Shown: one piece after another, positions 59,488 to 64,000 of the stretch
How the letters are laid out: each line of letters opens with the position of its first letter
Numbering within the stretch: the first letter of the stretch is position 1
NCBI GenBank assembly: GCA_007118855.1
Contig: SKQU01000140.1
Coordinates: forward strand, 17,289-81,288
Reading direction: 5' to 3'
Length of the DNA: 64,000 bases
From: Spirochaetaceae bacterium
GTDB lineage: Bacteria; Spirochaetota; Spirochaetia; DSM-27196; SLST01
Program-made: the position numbers and the translations under genes
The notes under the pieces: generated by a model
What the model saw: the letters and a program-made list of their open reading frames with translations, nothing else
Told to the model about the DNA's origin: nothing
Database searches by the model: none

Positions 59488-60201
59488 ATGGGACAGAAGG
59501 TTAATCCGTACGGCATGCGCCTGGGCATCAACAAGGGCTGGAGATCCAAGTGGTACGTGGATCCGCGCGAGTACGCGAACACGCTGCACGAGGACCTCAA
59601 GCTCCGTCGCATTCTGGAGGAGCTGCCGGAGACGCGAAACGCGGAGATCTCGGAAGTCGAGATAATCCGACATCCGCAACGGATCACGCTGATGATCCAG
59701 ACCTCCCGCCCCGGGGTGATCATTGGCACGAAGGGATCGAATATCGAGAAGATAGGTTCGGCGCTGCAGAAGGCTGCCGGGAAGAAGATCCAGATCAAGA
59801 TCAAGGAGATCAAGCGCCCGGAGACGAATGCGCAGGTTGTCGCATTGAACGTGGCGCGACAGCTGCGCACTCGCAGCTCGTTCCGCCGGACCCTGAAGAT
59901 GGCGATCAGCAGTGCGATCAAGGGCGGGGTGCCAGGTATCAAGATCCGTATTGCCGGTCGACTTGGTGGTGCTGAGATGTCACGGGTCGAGACCCAGAAG
60001 TCGGGTCGAATTCCTCTCCATACCTTGCGGGCGGATATCGACTACGGATTCGCGACCGCGAACACCACGTTCGGCTCGATCGGGGTGAAGGTGTGGATCT
60101 TCAACGGTGAGGTTCTCCGCAAGGACACCAAGGAGGACGCCGGTCTGTTGCTTCGAAAGGGTCGTGAAACCCGCGAACGTGCCGGGGCAAGGAGCGAGTA
60201 A
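59488..60201 (+). CDS. rpsC: 30S ribosomal protein S3
   Basis: [23 protein letters not shown]...[14 protein letters not shown]...[30 protein letters not shown]. Confidence 0.97.
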   Translation: MGQKVNPYGMRLGINKGWRSKWYVDPREYANTLHEDLKLRRILEELPETRNAEISEVEIIRHPQRITLMIQTSRPGVIIGTKGSNIEKIGSALQKAAGKKIQIKIKEIKRPETNAQVVALNVARQLRTRSSFRRTLKMAISSAIKGGVPGIKIRIAGRLGGAEMSRVETQKSGRIPLHTLRADIDYGFATANTTFGSIGVKVWIFNGEVLRKDTKEDAGLLLRKGRETRERAGARSE

Positions 60202-60632
60202 TGCTGAGTCCGAAGCGAACAAGATACCGCAAGAAGCAGCGGCGGGTGAAACGCAGTATACTCGGTGCCGCAACTCGCGGGAACGAGCTGTCCTTTGGCG
60301 ACCACGGGCTGGTCTCGACGGATAGCGGCTGGATCACCAACCGGCAGATCGAAGCTGCGCGTATTGCGATGACCAGACACATCAAGCGTGGAGGCAAAGT
60401 CTGGATCCGGATCTTCCCGGACATTCCGTATACCAAGAAGCCTGCGGAAACGCGTATGGGGAAAGGGAAGGGCTCGCCCGAGCATTGGGTTGCCGCCGTG
60501 CATCCGGGAACCGTGATGTTTGAGATAGCGGGCGTGCATAATGAGCTTGCCGAGTCGGCGATGAAGCTCGCGTCCAGCAAACTGCCGATCAGAACGAAGT
60601 TCGTTTCACGGAGGGGGCTGGTCGATGCGTGA
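60201..60632 (+). CDS. rplP: 50S ribosomal protein L16
   Basis: [15 protein letters not shown]...[52 protein letters not shown]. Confidence 0.97.
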   Translation: MLSPKRTRYRKKQRRVKRSILGAATRGNELSFGDHGLVSTDSGWITNRQIEAARIAMTRHIKRGGKVWIRIFPDIPYTKKPAETRMGKGKGSPEHWVAAVHPGTVMFEIAGVHNELAESAMKLASSKLPIRTKFVSRRGLVDA

Positions 60633-60831
60633 TTCGTTCAAAGAACTGACCTTCGAGGAACTGCTTCAAAGGCGCGAACAGCTGAAGAAGCGGTATCGCG
60701 AGCTGCGGTTCAACATGGTCGTGGGTCATGTGGACAATCCGCTTGAGAAGCGGACGCTGCGACGCAAGATCGCTCGTCTCAACACGCTCATTTACAACCA
60801 TGCTGACGTTGCCGGGGTGACGGAGGAGTGA
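60625..60831 (+). CDS. rpmC: 50S ribosomal protein L29
   Basis: [49 protein letters not shown]. Confidence 0.93.
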   Translation: MRDSFKELTFEELLQRREQLKKRYRELRFNMVVGHVDNPLEKRTLRRKIARLNTLIYNHADVAGVTEE

Positions 60832-60833
60832 TG

Positions 60834-61118
60834 ATGGCTGATAGCGAAAGCACGGGCAACGTCGCGCCCGGACGGGCAAAGCTCGTCTACCAGGGGCGCG
60901 TTGTCAGCGACAAGATGGACAAGACGATCGTGGTCGAAGTGACCAATCGCACCGTTCATCGGCTTTACAAGAAGTATGTGACGCTGAGCAAACGCCTGAA
61001 GGCTCATGATGAGCGGAACGAGGCGCATGAGGGCGACACGGTGCGCATCGAGGCGGCGCGTCCGATCAGCAAGGACAAGCGATGGCGACTCCTCGAGATC
61101 GTTGAGCGGGCGAGATAA
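60834..61118 (+). CDS. rpsQ: 30S ribosomal protein S17
   Basis: [16 protein letters not shown]...[26 protein letters not shown]...RPISK.KRW.L. The start is ambiguous among GTG 60828, ATG 60831 and ATG 60834. Confidence 0.94.
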   Translation: MADSESTGNVAPGRAKLVYQGRVVSDKMDKTIVVEVTNRTVHRLYKKYVTLSKRLKAHDERNEAHEGDTVRIEAARPISKDKRWRLLEIVERAR

Positions 61119-61130
61119 GAGGGTGGCGCA

Positions 61131-61499
61131 ATGATCCAGATGAACACGTACTTGAACGTTGCGGACAACAGCGGCGCCAAACGCGTCCAGTGTATCAAGG
61201 TACTCGGGGGCTCCAAGCGGAAGTACGCCGGCGTGGGAGACATCGTTGTCGTCGCCGTCAAGGATGCGCTTCCTGGTGCTCCGGTCAAGAAGGGCAACGT
61301 GGAGCGTGCCGTGATAGTTCGCACACGCAAGGAGTACAAACGGCTGGACGGCACGTACATCCGGTTCGATGACAATGCGTGCGTGATCGTCGATGCTGCC
61401 GAGAACCCGAAGGGCAAGCGCATCTTCGGGCCGGTCGCTCGCGAGCTACGGGACGGCGACTTCATGAAGATCGTATCGCTCGCGCCCGAGGTGCTGTAG
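61131..61499 (+). CDS. rplN: 50S ribosomal protein L14
   Basis: [46 protein letters not shown]. Confidence 0.97.
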   Translation: MIQMNTYLNVADNSGAKRVQCIKVLGGSKRKYAGVGDIVVVAVKDALPGAPVKKGNVERAVIVRTRKEYKRLDGTYIRFDDNACVIVDAAENPKGKRIFGPVARELRDGDFMKIVSLAPEVL

Positions 61500-61512
61500 A
61501 GGAGCTGGAAGC

Positions 61513-61824
61513 ATGGCGAAGTATCGAATCAAAAAAAACGATCAGGTCAGAGTCATCGCAGGAAAGGACAAGGGAAAGGAAGGTCGGGTACTGCGGGTCG
61601 ACCGTGATGCGGCTCGGGTCCTCGTGGAAGGCGTGAATCTCGCGAAGAAAGCGATGCGAAAGAAGCGCCAGGAAGACCGGGGCGGCATCATCGATATAGA
61701 GATGCCCATTCATATCTCCAACGTGATGCTCATGACGAAAGGCGGGGATCCCACCAGGGTCGGCACGAAGATTGAGAAAGGGACGAAGACGCGCATTGCT
61801 CGCAAGAGCGGTGAGGCGGTATAG
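61513..61824 (+). CDS. rplX: 50S ribosomal protein L24
   Basis: [24 protein letters not shown]......V.VEGVNL.KK (KOW motif). Confidence 0.95.
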   Translation: MAKYRIKKNDQVRVIAGKDKGKEGRVLRVDRDAARVLVEGVNLAKKAMRKKRQEDRGGIIDIEMPIHISNVMLMTKGGDPTRVGTKIEKGTKTRIARKSGEAV

Positions 61825-61835
61825 GTGAAGATCTG

Positions 61836-62393
61836 ATGGCAGACATGAAGTACGTATCAAAACTGAGGCAGGTGTACCTGGACCAGATCGTTCCGGAGCT
61901 GATGGAGGAGTTCGGGTACAAGACCCCCATGCAGCTACCGAGGCTTGAGAAGATTGTGCTGAGCATGGGCGTCGGCGAAGCCATTCAGAACAAGAAGCTT
62001 CTCGACTCGGCGGTGGTCGAGCTCGGGATGATCGCGGGGCAGCGCGCGGTGAAGACGAAGGCGCGGAAGTCTGTCGCCAATTTCAAGGTCCGACAGGGTA
62101 TGGAGATCGGGGCCCGCGTCACGCTGCGGGGAACCAGAATGTGGGATTTCCTGTATAGGCTCGTGAATGTAGCGCTTCCCCGGGTCAAGGACTTCCGGGG
62201 GGTGAACCCGAACTCGTTTGACGGGCACGGCAATTACGCGCTCGGAGTCACAGAGCAGATCATCTTCCCTGAGATCGACTACGACAAGATCGAGCGCGTC
62301 AGCGGGCTGAATATCGCGATCTGCACGACTGCGAAGACCGATCAGGAAGCGAAGCGGCTGCTGGACAAGCTCGGCATGCCGTTCAGGAAGTAG
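61836..62393 (+). CDS. rplE: 50S ribosomal protein L5
   Basis: [16 protein letters not shown]...[32 protein letters not shown]...[10 protein letters not shown]. Confidence 0.96.
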   Translation: MADMKYVSKLRQVYLDQIVPELMEEFGYKTPMQLPRLEKIVLSMGVGEAIQNKKLLDSAVVELGMIAGQRAVKTKARKSVANFKVRQGMEIGARVTLRGTRMWDFLYRLVNVALPRVKDFRGVNPNSFDGHGNYALGVTEQIIFPEIDYDKIERVSGLNIAICTTAKTDQEAKRLLDKLGMPFRK

Positions 62394-62408
62394 GAGGCGA
62401 TTCAACCG

Positions 62409-62594
62409 ATGGCCAAGAAGTCAATGATCATCAAGGCACAGCGCCCACCAAAATACAGCACACGGCTCGTACGACGGTGCAGAGTGTGCGGGCGACCTCG
62501 AGGATACATGCGAACGTTCCAGATGTGCCGTGTCTGCTTCAGGAAGTATGCCAGTGAGGGCATGATTCCCGGCGTGACAAAGTCGAGCTGGTAG
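62409..62594 (+). CDS. rpsN: 30S ribosomal protein S14, type Z (zinc-binding)
   Basis: 61 aa: [61 protein letters not shown] (CxxC...CxxC). Confidence 0.96.
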   Translation: MAKKSMIIKAQRPPKYSTRLVRRCRVCGRPRGYMRTFQMCRVCFRKYASEGMIPGVTKSSW

Positions 62595-62603
62595 GAGAGG
62601 TGT

Positions 62604-63002
62604 ATGAGCGTTTCTGATCCTGTAGCGGATATGCTGACGAAGATACGGAATGCAGCCCTCGCGAAGTTCGAGAAGGTCGATATTCCAACGTCGAAGTTGA
62701 AGCTTGAGATCGTCAAGATCCTGAAGAACGAAGGGTACATCAAGAATTTCAAGAAGGTGACGGAGGGCAACCTCACCGTCATCCGGATCTTCCTGAAATA
62801 TGACGATTCCGGGAGTCCGATCATCAAGGGCCTTCAGAAGGTGTCGACGCCGGGACGCCGAGTCTACACAGGGTACAAGAAGATGCCACGGGTCTACAGC
62901 GGCTATGGTACGCTTATCGTATCCACATCTGAGGGCGTGACCACGGGACGAAAGGCGCTTGAGCGGAAGGTCGGTGGTGAGCTGATCTGCTCGGTCTGGT
63001 AG
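62604..63002 (+). CDS. rpsH: 30S ribosomal protein S8
   Basis: [16 protein letters not shown]......[22 protein letters not shown]. Confidence 0.96.
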   Translation: MSVSDPVADMLTKIRNAALAKFEKVDIPTSKLKLEIVKILKNEGYIKNFKKVTEGNLTVIRIFLKYDDSGSPIIKGLQKVSTPGRRVYTGYKKMPRVYSGYGTLIVSTSEGVTTGRKALERKVGGELICSVW

Positions 63003-63011
63003 GAGAAGAGT

Positions 63012-63551
63012 ATGTCACGAATTGGAGTCTTGCCGATTCCCCTGCCGAAGGGCGTGACGGTTGAGGTGAAACCGGAAGAGGTTGCCGTTAAAGGTCCGCG
63101 CGGCGAGCTTTCACAGAAGTACTCTCGTGACGTATCCGTTGAGGTGAACGATGACGTCGTGGTGGTGCGCAGAAGGGACGACACAAAGATCTCCAAGAGC
63201 ATGCACGGTCTGTATCGTAATCTGATACGAAACATGGTGACGGGAGTATCCGAGGGGTTCACCAGAACCCTTCTGATCAACGGGGTCGGGTATCGCGCGG
63301 AGGTACAGGGCAACATCCTCGTCCTGAATCTCGGCTACTCGAACCCGGTGGAGTATCCTATACCGGAGGAACTGTCGATTGCATGCGATGGTCCTACGAA
63401 GATCATTGTCAGCGGGAACAGCAAACAACAGGTGGGTCAGGTTGCGGCGGAGATCCGGTCAGTCCGTCCTCCCGAGCCGTATAAGGGGAAGGGAGTTCGC
63501 TATGAGGACGAGTACGTGCGCCGCAAGGTCGGGAAAGCCGGCGTCAAGTAG
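63012..63551 (+). CDS. rplF: 50S ribosomal protein L6
   Basis: MSRIGVLPIPLPKGVTVEV....V.VKGPRGELS...GVGYRAEVQGN.L.LNLGYS.PVEY..P....PEPYKGKG.RY. Confidence 0.96.
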   Translation: MSRIGVLPIPLPKGVTVEVKPEEVAVKGPRGELSQKYSRDVSVEVNDDVVVVRRRDDTKISKSMHGLYRNLIRNMVTGVSEGFTRTLLINGVGYRAEVQGNILVLNLGYSNPVEYPIPEELSIACDGPTKIIVSGNSKQQVGQVAAEIRSVRPPEPYKGKGVRYEDEYVRRKVGKAGVK

Positions 63552-63560
63552 GGTGGAGCG

Positions 63561-63920
63561 ATGAAGCGACTGATAGAGAAGCGGGCGAGGCGGAAGCGGC
63601 GCAAGATGTCGATCCGGCGGAAGATTGTGGGTACGCCGGAGCGGCCGCGACTGACCGTGTTCAAGAGCAACAGGCACCTCTATGCGCAGGTGATCGATGA
63701 TTCTGACGGGAAGACCGTCGTCTCGGTCTCCAGCAGGAGCGGCGACACCAAGGGCCTGAAGCCGACCGTCGCAGATGGGGCAAAGCTGGGCGAAGCGATT
63801 GGGGCCAGGATGAAGGAGCACAAGATCTCCGAAGCGGTGTTCGATCGTAACGGGCATCTCTACCATGGGGTCGTCAAGGCAGTGGCTGACGGTGCCCGGA
63901 AAGCGGGAATCACGTTGTAG
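63561..63920 (+). CDS. rplR: 50S ribosomal protein L18
   Basis: RRKIVGTPERPRLTVFKSNRHLYAQVIDD..GKT..S.S....VFDRNG.LYHG.VKA.AD.AR.AG. Confidence 0.96.
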   Translation: MKRLIEKRARRKRRKMSIRRKIVGTPERPRLTVFKSNRHLYAQVIDDSDGKTVVSVSSRSGDTKGLKPTVADGAKLGEAIGARMKEHKISEAVFDRNGHLYHGVVKAVADGARKAGITL

Positions 63921-63929
63921 GAGGCGGTC

Positions 63930-64000
63930 GTGGACCAGGACAGAGAGTTAACTGAGAAGCTGATAAAACTGAACCGCGTCGCCAAAGTCGTCAAGGGTGG
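63930..64000 (+). CDS. rpsE: 30S ribosomal protein S5 (5' fragment; continues beyond the window)
   Basis: GTG 63930 follows TAGGAGG. VDQDRELTEKLIKLNRVAKVVKG matches the S5 N-terminal ..E.L...NRV.KVVKGG block and sits in the expected position after rplR. Confidence 0.85.
   Translation, partial: MDQDRELTEKLIKLNRVAKVVKG

Overview
GC-rich (roughly 60-65% by eye) bacterial chromosomal segment with no rRNA, CRISPR array, transposase, integrase or phage genes that I can see. All calls rest on my own reading of motifs, start contexts and gene order; no database search was run.

Left 42 kb: tightly packed metabolic operons.
- A galactokinase-like gene that runs off the left edge, then manA, a YaiI-family gene and a flavodiiron protein.
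- A ThiS-like/MetY/ThiF/JAMM-TusA sulfur-carrier operon.
- asnS, an ArsC/Spx-fold gene coupled to an arginine deiminase, and a class I DAHP synthase.
- A DeoR-PFK-SDR operon, divergent from a HAD, LarA-like, gnd, uxaC, uxaE hexuronate operon.
- A small unlisted ORF followed by dcd.
- A CPA2 antiporter coupled to a PtsN-like EIIA fused to a PII-like domain.
- A glk, UGPase, hisI operon.
- A six-gene operon: DHH, PHP, SDR, small beta-barrel, 2-hydroxyacid dehydrogenase, TIM barrel.
- A membrane-anchored CN-hydrolase.
- A DeoR, E2, fused E1 alpha-beta, SorE-like dehydrogenase operon, then fucI.

Right 22 kb: the translation and transcription super-cluster, in the order tRNA-Thr, rpmG, tRNA-Trp, secE, nusG, rplKAJL, rpoBC, rpsLG, tuf, then the S10/spc genes through a partial rpsE. 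fusA is absent between rpsG and tuf.

Many long ORFs in the supplied track are antisense or out-of-frame artefacts of the high GC content, and I rejected them.

Most interesting observations:
- The HcyS-Ala-type thiocarboxylate operon, with a JAMM-TusA fusion.
- A LarA-family epimerase candidate next to gnd inside a uxaC/uxaE operon.
- The EIIA(Ntr)-PII fusion coupled to an antiporter.
- A self-contained 57-codon gene whose terminator buries the dcd ribosome-binding site.
- Duplicated hairpin modules bracketing rpsL-rpsG.
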